Below are positions 46,387 through 53,528 of a stretch of DNA of 54,811 nt, piece after piece (the stretch's first letter is position 1; every line of letters starts with the position of its first letter). The notes beneath the pieces were generated by a model, which made no database searches, was not told the origin of the DNA, and was given only the letters and a program-made list of their open reading frames with translations. A program made the translations under genes and the position numbers. Source of the DNA: a virus (Duplodnaviria > Caudoviricetes); the IMG/VR virus record IMGVR_UViG_3300036806_000054, positions 1 through 54,811 of that record, one strand, 5' to 3'.

Positions 46387-46596
46387 GTGAGCGAAATAAA
46401 ATACCGCGTATGGCTGGATAACGGAGATGCCTATACCGTGCCGCGCTCTCAAGCGGAAGTCATGGAAGATGTTGAATCGGAAATGCACTTGACCTCGGGA
46501 GCGATTCTAGTTACTAGCGAATACCGGAATAAAGCTGAGACATTGGCCGCAATAGAACACTTGAAATTTCTTGTTGAGCATTCGGATATTCCATGA
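46387..46596 (+). CDS. Hypothetical protein
   Basis: SD GAGGGG. Confidence 0.6.
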   Translation: MSEIKYRVWLDNGDAYTVPRSQAEVMEDVESEMHLTSGAILVTSEYRNKAETLAAIEHLKFLVEHSDIP

Positions 46597-47075
46597 AGCG
46601 ATCACAATCTCGAATTAAGCCATACGCACAACTCAAGTCTCATAAACCACTCAAGCGGAGCCGATTCAAGGTGCGCAAGTTTAGCAAAGTATCTGCCGAT
46701 GAAGGTGCAAGTGAGAGAGAGTTGCGAGATGAAAATGATCAGCTTGTTCGCGAGATTATTAAGCTACGCGATCATGAATGCGTGAATTCCTTTGCCTCTC
46801 TCTGTCGGAATCGCGATCTAAATGTAGGACACTATGTTCCGCGCGGTGTCTTAGCGGCTCGTTGGGATTTAGAAAATTGCAATCTTCAGTGTAACCAAGA
46901 CAACGCAGCGCATGAGTATAATACTAACGGATACCGCATCGCGCTTGCGGTAAAGTATGGCGGTGACACAGTACGTCGTCTTGAACGAATCAAGCGTGAA
47001 AATCCGCACGTCACCTATGTTGACCTGCTCACCGTCCGAGACGAGTTAAGAGAAGAACTAAAGAAGCTGAAATGA
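46593..47075 (+). CDS. NinG/Rap-like recombination endonuclease
   Basis: I.LRD..CV....GHY.PR...A.RWD..NC.LQC..DN...Y...L..KYG. Confidence 0.8.
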   Translation: MKRSQSRIKPYAQLKSHKPLKRSRFKVRKFSKVSADEGASERELRDENDQLVREIIKLRDHECVNSFASLCRNRDLNVGHYVPRGVLAARWDLENCNLQCNQDNAAHEYNTNGYRIALAVKYGGDTVRRLERIKRENPHVTYVDLLTVRDELREELKKLK

Positions 47076-47593
47076 ACGAAACCCATCTCGCCAACATACT
47101 CAAAAAGGACGGCTACCGCCTCTCGCCAGAGAATCGCGTGAAATCGCTCTCTAAGCCTCTTGGTGGTCAGAGTAGGCAGGAACAGGAAAAACACGCTCAG
47201 CCTCAAGTCTTGCTTAACGCGACCGCTCACAGTCCGCGCCGGGACTATAAATCAGAGCTAATTCAGCAATGCGAGCTAATTGGCCTGAGACTGGAGCCTG
47301 AGTTTAAGTTTCATCCTGAGCGAAGGTTCAGAGCGGATTGGCTGATAGTTGGCTACAAAGGATGCGACGTTCGCGGGCGTAAGGTGCTGGTCGAGTTTGA
47401 AGGTGGGCTGTTTTCATCGGGCAAGCGCGGACATTCTAGCGTGGCTGGAATCCTCAGAGATATGAGCAAGGCAAACGAAGCTCAGATACTTGGCTTTATC
47501 GTAATCAGGATCGCACCGTCGCATGTAGTATCCGGCGAGGCTTTGACGTGGATTGAAAACGCCATACTGTCGAGAGTGGAAAGTCTAGTCTAG
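47072..47593 (+). CDS. PD-(D/E)XK (DUF559/Vsr-like) nuclease
   Basis: EFKFHPERRFRAD...VEFEGG...GH...RD..K.NEA...G..VIR. Confidence 0.8.
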   Translation: MNETHLANILKKDGYRLSPENRVKSLSKPLGGQSRQEQEKHAQPQVLLNATAHSPRRDYKSELIQQCELIGLRLEPEFKFHPERRFRADWLIVGYKGCDVRGRKVLVEFEGGLFSSGKRGHSSVAGILRDMSKANEAQILGFIVIRIAPSHVVSGEALTWIENAILSRVESLV

Positions 47594-47606
47594 GGGAATA
47601 CAATCC

Positions 47607-47801
47607 ATGAAACGCTGCATCGAATGTCGCAACCTCTACCCTCTGGATTTCTTCGGGCGCTTCCAAGATAGGTGCATAGCTTGTGATGATAAACCAGTAG
47701 CAATTAAGGTTCAGCCTCGTGATTCCGGGGAAGAGTGGAAGCCCTTAAATACGATTATGAAGTGTCACCAGATGTTTATGAGGATGCCAAAGAGGAGTTG
47801 A
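47607..47801 (+). CDS. Zn-ribbon hypothetical protein
   Basis: CIEC...CIAC. Confidence 0.6.
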   Translation: MKRCIECRNLYPLDFFGRFQDRCIACDDKPVAIKVQPRDSGEEWKPLNTIMKCHQMFMRMPKRS

Positions 47802-47807
47802 GAGAAA

Positions 47808-48275
47808 ATGAACGACCATCAAAAGACCGCCCTCCATCATCATTGTCGGCTTGCGAGCGAGACGGCGCATCCGCGATTTGGTTATATTGCGCCGGGAGCT
47901 ATCGCGAGCATCGTACTTTCGGTGAACAGCGGCTACGAATGAATTGAGGCGGGATTTGGCGGGCCGGTCTGGCACGCATCAGCCGCGCCAATGCGCGGAA
48001 ACATTCTCGGAAGCAAGACTCTTCGCGCTATTGCTTTGAAAGCATTAGAGGGTGTTGGTGATGAGATTACTGGACAGTGGGAAGAATATACGGGTAAAGC
48101 CTTTCACGTTCGACGTAGGCTGACCAACGAAGAACAGAAACCCATCGGAGTTGCCGTTGACGTGAGAGGTACGCCCGAAGCGATTCATCGTATCAACGCG
48201 ATCAGAATCGTAATGCCGTTCTTGCCTAGAGAAATGTTAGAAGCGGAAATTTATGGAGAACGGCTACCAAACTAA
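47808..48275 (+). pseudogene. Hypothetical gene with in-frame TGA at 47940 (or two small genes)
   Basis: The frame from ATG 47808 continues into ORF 47991..48275 except for one TGA. Confidence 0.5.
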
Positions 48276-48309
48276 CTCGTCAACAACACTCCAATAGCAC
48301 AGAAGATGA

Positions 48310-48510
48310 TCACGCCTGACACCTCGCCTGATGTTGTTCCCAAAGCGTTGCATCAATAACAGCACCGCATATCTCGCAAACTTCTACAGGGAATCCGGGA
48401 TCAACCGACTCAGCAAAGTAACTCTTGGGCTTTAAGCCTAACCCGACAGTTCGCAGCCAGTCCAGTATGCGGTCGCGCCTCTCTTTGGGAGTAAGTTCAG
48501 CTTGGCTCAT
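48310..48510 (-). CDS. Hypothetical protein with C2H-type motif
   Basis: CEICG...H; last gene of the late transcript. Confidence 0.6.
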   Translation of the reverse strand: MSQAELTPKERRDRILDWLRTVGLGLKPKSYFAESVDPGFPVEVCEICGAVIDATLWEQHQARCQA

Positions 48511-48527
48511 TGATTCTCGAATTCCTT

Positions 48528-48782
48528 CTAGGCTACTCCTGCGGCCATGATCGCGATCTCTTTTTGGGCGAATTCAATCAAATCAGTTTTGGCTTGCTCG
48601 ACTTCATTGAAGGCATAAGAATGATCAGTATGTACGCTTCGTTTTCCGTCAATCCGCGCATGGTAGCGTGAATTAGTCCCGTCACCGTCAAGCTCGATCC
48701 ATAGCCAAATCAATTCGAGATCGGTAGCCATGAAGCCGTGGCCGAGCTTTCCCGGTGTTCCGAATTCTTCCCATTTCATCAT
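48528..48782 (-). CDS. Hypothetical protein
   Basis: Coupled to the upstream gene. Confidence 0.6.
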   Translation of the reverse strand: MMKWEEFGTPGKLGHGFMATDLELIWLWIELDGDGTNSRYHARIDGKRSVHTDHSYAFNEVEQAKTDLIEFAQKEIAIMAAGVA

Positions 48783-49378
48783 TTCTTAATCATTAACACT
48801 GCCCCAGCACCTAACACAAGTCCCAGAGCCGCGGCGTACTTAGTCAGATTCTTCCATTTTGCTGCTCGCTTCGTTTGCCTTGCAGCCTCAGTTACCGCGT
48901 CTGTCTTAGCTTTCTCGGATAATGCCAGAGCTTGATTCAACGCGATAATCTGAGTATCTAATGCCTTGATTGTGTCGAGTCTGATCTGGTCACGGTCTTT
49001 AAGGGACTGGATTAGCTCGTCATCTTTCTTTGACTGAGACTCAAGAGTTGTTATGTATGCCTGAGCAGCCCTTGATTCGGTTTCTAGCTGGTCGAGCTTG
49101 TCACTCGCCTGAGCCAACAAATCTCTAACTTGACTATCGGATAATGAGGTTGTGCTTTGCGGCGATTGCCCGAATGTCCGCATCGGAAACAGGATTATTA
49201 GAACGCAAGACAACAGGACTGCGACTAGCGACGTATACAACTCTCTTTTGCTCTGTTTGAGTTTTGAGGTCAGCGACTTCAGATTGTAGTTGCTCAATTT
49301 GTGCATCCTTAGCCTTCGCTTGATCCTTCGCCGCGTTCGCTTGCGATTCGGCAACAGCCGCTTGAGTTTTCGCAGCAT
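48779..49378 (-). CDS. Spanin-like protein (signal/TM + coiled coil + C-terminal TM)
   Basis: Overlaps the upstream spanin-like gene; the true start is probably downstream of the ORF-track start. Confidence 0.55.
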   Translation of the reverse strand: MLRKLKRLLPNRKRTRRRIKRRLRMHKLSNYNLKSLTSKLKQSKRELYTSLVAVLLSCVLIILFPMRTFGQSPQSTTSLSDSQVRDLLAQASDKLDQLETESRAAQAYITTLESQSKKDDELIQSLKDRDQIRLDTIKALDTQIIALNQALALSEKAKTDAVTEAARQTKRAAKWKNLTKYAAALGLVLGAGAVLMIKK

Positions 49379-49523
49379 CTATCTGCTTTTGATATTCAGC
49401 TTGTCGCTGTTGAAATGCAGACTCTTTGTAGTTGTTTATCCCGGCACCGACTGCGATGACTACAACTACCAGCAGTCCGAAGCCGATCAGAATAGGAATT
49501 AAATGAGCCTTGAACCATGCCAT
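49134..49523 (-). CDS. Inner-membrane spanin-like protein
   Basis: N-terminal TM helix plus Ala/Gln coiled coil directly after the endolysin. Confidence 0.65.
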   Translation of the reverse strand: MAWFKAHLIPILIGFGLLVVVVIAVGAGINNYKESAFQQRQAEYQKQIDAAKTQAAVAESQANAAKDQAKAKDAQIEQLQSEVADLKTQTEQKRVVYVASRSPVVLRSNNPVSDADIRAIAAKHNLIIR

Positions 49524-49531
49524 GCGTTTCC

Positions 49532-50407
49532 TCAGCCAAACCAGATATTATTCTTATTTGGATCGGCAGCAACATCAGCCGCCTTCAGAGTCTTGGCTAA
49601 TGCCCGCTTGTGACGTTCGTTAATCAGATAAACCGCGCTCAGGATAATCGCGATGATGATTAGCGCCCACGCCCACGGCGGAATCGACATAAAGACTTTC
49701 CCGATAGTCGCCAACACACCGCCAAGTCCGGCAGGTATTGAAATGTCCTTTGCCTGATCCAGTAAACTCGGCTTGCTTGGAGTAACTACGGTCGCGGTGT
49801 CCGGGGTAATTTCGGCAGGCGCGTCCGGCTTCTTATCCGTGGCCGTCTCAACATCAACTCCACCTTGAGGGGTAACGCTGACCTTAGTTGTCACCGCGTC
49901 GGCATCTGGAACCCCTAGCAAGTCAGAAAAGACCTTCTGCCGCGCCAGAACGTCCGCAGAATAGTCTTTCCCGGTTGTTCCCCTGTCAGGGTCGTCGTGG
50001 TTAATAAAGTTGCGGTACGCTGGCCCAGAACCGCAGTTGTATCCGGCTACTGCGCATCTCAGTAATGTTCCGTTAAGAAGAACATGTCTACCAGCTAACT
50101 CTCTTACTTCGTTCTGTTTCTCAGCCAGAACTTCACAGCACTTGTTTACTGCTTTGCCAACATCTTTCCAGTCACCTGACTTAACAAATTCAGGATAGGA
50201 TCGTATGTCGATCTGCCACCAGCTAAATCCATGATTATTGTCGCCGCCAACTCGTTGATACTTTGGATCGAATTCAGTCTCTCGCGATCCTATGGCGATA
50301 ATGAGTGACGGCTCGAATCCGTGAGTTTGCGCCGCTGACTCAATCACAGGAAGATGAGACTTAATCGAATTGAACTGCTTGGTTAGCTGTGCACGAGTTG
50401 CGTTCAT
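49532..50407 (-). CDS. Endolysin (GH23/goose-lysozyme-like) with C-terminal TM segment
   Basis: AIGSRET, GD..HG...WQID.R, AGYNCG, D..TTG.DYS.DV.AR; hydrophobic WAWALIIIAIILSAVYLI. Confidence 0.9.
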   Translation of the reverse strand: MNATRAQLTKQFNSIKSHLPVIESAAQTHGFEPSLIIAIGSRETEFDPKYQRVGGDNNHGFSWWQIDIRSYPEFVKSGDWKDVGKAVNKCCEVLAEKQNEVRELAGRHVLLNGTLLRCAVAGYNCGSGPAYRNFINHDDPDRGTTGKDYSADVLARQKVFSDLLGVPDADAVTTKVSVTPQGGVDVETATDKKPDAPAEITPDTATVVTPSKPSLLDQAKDISIPAGLGGVLATIGKVFMSIPPWAWALIIIAIILSAVYLINERHKRALAKTLKAADVAADPNKNNIWFG

Positions 50408-50471
50408 AAGAGAAAGTTAGATCGCTTGCTCCCTAAGAAGCGTAGACAGTCAATGATGAGATGGAGAAGTT

Positions 50472-50699
50472 TCAACATACCCAAGCAAGTCCAAATTGGT
50501 AAATCTGAATCAGAATGATGAGTAGCAGAATCAACAAAACAATTACTATCGTCCAGTTAACGTAAGGCTGATAAGGTGGCGGTAGAACGTGCGAGCAGAT
50601 CAACCAAAGAATAAGAAGGAACAATGCAACGATTAACGCGCCCAAAAGAAGATGGGGTAGGCATCCCAAACCCAAACCAGCAAGTAGAAGTGTTGTCAT
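50472..50699 (-). CDS. Holin-like small membrane protein
   Basis: Two to three TM helices; SD GGAGG before ATG 50699; upstream of the endolysin. Confidence 0.55.
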   Translation of the reverse strand: MTTLLLAGLGLGCLPHLLLGALIVALFLLILWLICSHVLPPPYQPYVNWTIVIVLLILLLIILIQIYQFGLAWVC

Positions 50700-50794
50700 A
50701 GAACCTCCAATGGTCGAATCCAACCAAATTCAGAGGGGTCAAACATCGCCGCCCATTCTACTACATAATCCTAAATATCAAGCAAGAAAATCGT

Positions 50795-50866
50795 CTCTAC
50801 TCACACGAAGCCCGCCAACGGTTGCTCGCTGACGGGCGACGTGACGTTTGTTGAGAACGAGTTGCT
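50795..50866 (-). ncRNA. Candidate divergent antisense sRNA, module B
   Basis: Minus-strand promoter TTGATA(50893-98)-16-TACACT(50871-76). 5' end GCAACTCGTTCTCAAC is complementary (13/15) to 50942-56; followed by a GCCCGTCA..TGGCGGGC hairpin. Confidence 0.55.
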
Positions 50867-50941
50867 AGAGAGTGTACCCTCGATTTGCACTCTATCAAAA
50901 AAAGTGTTGCATCGCAAGTTAAATCAGTTCATAATGCCCTC

Positions 50942-51308
50942 GTTGAGCATGAGTTGTGAACTGAAGTCTTTCCGATTCCTCGCAACCCTAAAAACAACAC
51001 TTTGTCGGATGATTTACCTATGACGCTTTTGAGTAATAGCGTAGAACCCTATTGGTCGGCTGCTTGGCTGATGGGACACCGTACTGTTTGGCAGACCGTC
51101 TAATCTTTCGGTAATTCCGAATCCTCGGTAAAGGCAGACCATAGCGAGGCTGCAAGGATACGACGAAGCAGAGCGCGAGAACCATAAGGACACCTCAGCG
51201 GGCTCAGCCAAAAAATCCGGCAATGCGCAATCGCAATTAAATCTTCGTGCCGTTTAATAAGCGCCATGAAGTAGGGCAAACCGCGTTCAAGTTTCCTAGC
51301 GTCTCAGC
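50942..51308 (+). ncRNA. Large structured non-coding RNA/leader, module B
   Basis: Promoter TTGCAT(50907-12)-17-CATAAT(50930-35). Ends pair (GTTGAG/CTCAGC); hairpins GTTGTGA/TCGCAAC, ACGCT/AGCGT, CCTATTGGTC/GGCTGATGGG, TTCGG/CCGAA, CCTCG/CGAGG and CTTCGTG/CATGAAG. Confidence 0.6.
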
Positions 51309-51316
51309 CTTCAAAA

Positions 51317-51547
51317 ATGCATTGTTTGATTTGTGGTAACGAAGCAAGTTACGGTGATATCTGCAAAGATTGTTCCGTTGGTCTTGAGAGATTCAAGCGC
51401 AACACCAAATATCTAGGCAGAGCGATAAGCTATCTAACAAAGAAAGCAAAACTGACAACGAAGCATCAGCGTCGCGTCATACGAAAGCGCAAGGCAGACT
51501 TGAGACGATTAATTGACGAGCAACGGAAAGACTCCCCTCTCCACTAA
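51317..51547 (+). CDS. Basic zinc-finger protein, EndoVII-like fold without catalytic motif (paralog of 31146..31454)
   Basis: CLIC...ICKDC.VGL..F....KYL.RA..YL followed by a basic helix; the only plus-strand gene in the late region. Confidence 0.75.
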   Translation: MHCLICGNEASYGDICKDCSVGLERFKRNTKYLGRAISYLTKKAKLTTKHQRRVIRKRKADLRRLIDEQRKDSPLH

Positions 51548-51559
51548 AGACAGGTGAGA

Positions 51560-51892
51560 CTATGAGAGCATCTTCCCGACTGCGCCGTCGTAACCGATAG
51601 CCTTTAGGAATAGTGAATGCGCTCGCAGCACTTCATCCTCGGCATGGTTCAAGTCTGCAATGGCTCCTATCTTGTCTTCGGCTGATAATAGGTGAGCTTT
51701 GCCGTTCAGAGCTTTCACGCATCCTTCGGCGTAATCGCAAATGGCGTTGATTTCGTCTTGCACGTCTTTTGGTAGCTCATCATGATCGGACGAACCAAGA
51801 CGTTTACGAATAACACCAGTCAAGGCCGTGATGCTGTCGCCATTTAGCAACAGTTTTTGACAGATCGGATCGCAGATAGGTGGTCGGGACAT
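51560..51892 (-). CDS. Hypothetical helical protein
   Basis: SD AAGGA; coupled. Confidence 0.65.
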   Translation of the reverse strand: MSRPPICDPICQKLLLNGDSITALTGVIRKRLGSSDHDELPKDVQDEINAICDYAEGCVKALNGKAHLLSAEDKIGAIADLNHAEDEVLRAHSLFLKAIGYDGAVGKMLS

Positions 51893-51893
51893 T

Positions 51894-52424
51894 TCATTTA
51901 TCCTTTCGCTGTTGGTTCTGCAACTGCATCGCCGTCAGCATTCCTTCGAGCTTCGACATCTTGTTACTATCAGATTGAGCTAACGCCCAGACTGAACCAA
52001 AAGAATTTGTAAGTGAATTGATTTGCTGAGTGAGCAGAGTTGTTTGTTGCTGGATCGCATCGATGCGCTTGTCCTGGTTCGCCCTCTCAGTGCCCTGCTT
52101 CTCAATTAGAGCCTTGATTTCTTTTAGCTGCGCCGTGGTGCTGTCTACGTTCGCCTGAAGCTGGGGAAGCTCTTTGACTTGATTTAACGCGGCCTCAGTC
52201 CTCCCGGCAGAGCGGCCATAAGAAATCAATCCAACAACGATAGTGAGAATTAGCGCTCCATGAGTAGCAATCGCCAGCCAACGCGGCGTGGTCGTTGGTT
52301 GTTTTGCCATTCTTAGAATCCGTTCTCCAAGCGAGAGATGCAAAGAATCACGCAAGCGATCATCTGCACGTCTGCCGTTCTGTGAGGTATACGGTGCTTC
52401 ATAAACATTTGCTGCTGCTCTCAT
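51894..52424 (-). CDS. Membrane-anchored coiled-coil protein
   Basis: GRRADD motif, one TM helix, long coiled coil. Confidence 0.7.
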   Translation of the reverse strand: MRAAANVYEAPYTSQNGRRADDRLRDSLHLSLGERILRMAKQPTTTPRWLAIATHGALILTIVVGLISYGRSAGRTEAALNQVKELPQLQANVDSTTAQLKEIKALIEKQGTERANQDKRIDAIQQQTTLLTQQINSLTNSFGSVWALAQSDSNKMSKLEGMLTAMQLQNQQRKDK

Positions 52425-52522
52425 GCGAACATCATTTTCTAATTCAGCCTATTGGCGGGTTGCGAACAAGTTGAGATTTCATGCCGATGGATCATTTCAA
52501 TTTGTTTCTGTTTTGACCGTTT

Positions 52523-53056
52523 TCAAAGCGGATACTTCAATCGCAGGCTCCAATAAATCAGACTGGCCGCGTCGCGTTCATCTCTCGTTAGCGCCTCATC
52601 CTCTTTTCGTTCTGCCATGACTCGTAGAAGTTGCCGGATTTCTCGATCATCTCTCAACCGATCATTCTTGAACTTGTCTAAGAGTGCGTCGGCTACTCGA
52701 TATTCTGGTTCGGGGTGATGAACATCGTCTACTCTGAGCTTCGCTCGCTCGTGCGTCATCTCGATAAACATATTGACACGACCAACAAGACGAAACAATT
52801 CTTCAGCTAATGCGGCTCTTGCCTCTGTTGCCCTCTGCTCTACATTGGCGATTCTTTCATTGAGTTGGCCTAATAAAACTCGCAGACTCTCGCGCAAACT
52901 CTCCGACGATTCGCTACACTGTTTCTTGACTGCGGCAACCTGTGACTCGGTTGCTCCCGCCTCCCCGGCTATCCGGGTTTTCCGCGCATCGCGGACTACC
53001 ATGTACCCGGCCAGCAATAGGTTTAACCCCAGCGAGATATACGCGATCCATGTCAT
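52523..53056 (-). CDS. Membrane-anchored coiled-coil protein
   Basis: N-terminal TM helix; ATGA-coupled to the PAS gene. Confidence 0.7.
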   Translation of the reverse strand: MTWIAYISLGLNLLLAGYMVVRDARKTRIAGEAGATESQVAAVKKQCSESSESLRESLRVLLGQLNERIANVEQRATEARAALAEELFRLVGRVNMFIEMTHERAKLRVDDVHHPEPEYRVADALLDKFKNDRLRDDREIRQLLRVMAERKEDEALTRDERDAASLIYWSLRLKYPL

Positions 53057-53466
53057 TCACTGTCCACAAACGGCCATGCCAACACGGCAACAAAAAATCC
53101 TTCATCAGAAGACAGGGGAAGCAATTCAATTTGTACTCGAAAGAGCGACCCGTTTTTGCGCTGAAACATTAATTGAGGATTTGCCCCGCCCATCGCACGC
53201 GCACGAGGGAAGTCTAAAAATCTCTGTCGATGTTCCAAGTGTTTTTCTTTTAGATTATTCGGCACAAGAATCTCGGGCATCTGGCCGTATAGGTCACTCG
53301 CGTTATATCCCGAAACATCGATCAACTTTTGGTTTACAAGACAAATCTTACTTTCTTCTGCCTTGCGCTGATCGGATTCATGGGTCAATAAACATAGAAC
53401 GCCCATGCCGTTAACCAGCTTCGTTAGAATTTCTAAACTTGGGGGATCAGGTGCCATCTCAGACAT
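53053..53466 (-). CDS. Stand-alone PAS-domain protein
   Basis: I..VN......GY...DL.GQ..E.LVP......H...R..F...P..R.MG...L...RKNGS.F.V.I.L. Confidence 0.88.
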   Translation of the reverse strand: MSEMAPDPPSLEILTKLVNGMGVLCLLTHESDQRKAEESKICLVNQKLIDVSGYNASDLYGQMPEILVPNNLKEKHLEHRQRFLDFPRARAMGGANPQLMFQRKNGSLFRVQIELLPLSSDEGFFVAVLAWPFVDSE

Positions 53467-53528
53467 TGTACCTGTTATATCGTTTCTGGGTATGACTAAT
53501 TTTCTAGGCTACTGCTTCTAGTCTTTCT

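Noticed and set aside
2607-47942. Genome-wide stop-codon reassignment
   Set aside because: Core genes are full-length under the standard code, and TGA is widely used as a true stop in ATGA overlaps.
52773-53414. 213-aa plus-strand ORF
   Set aside because: It is antisense to the PAS and membrane genes, which have clear signatures.
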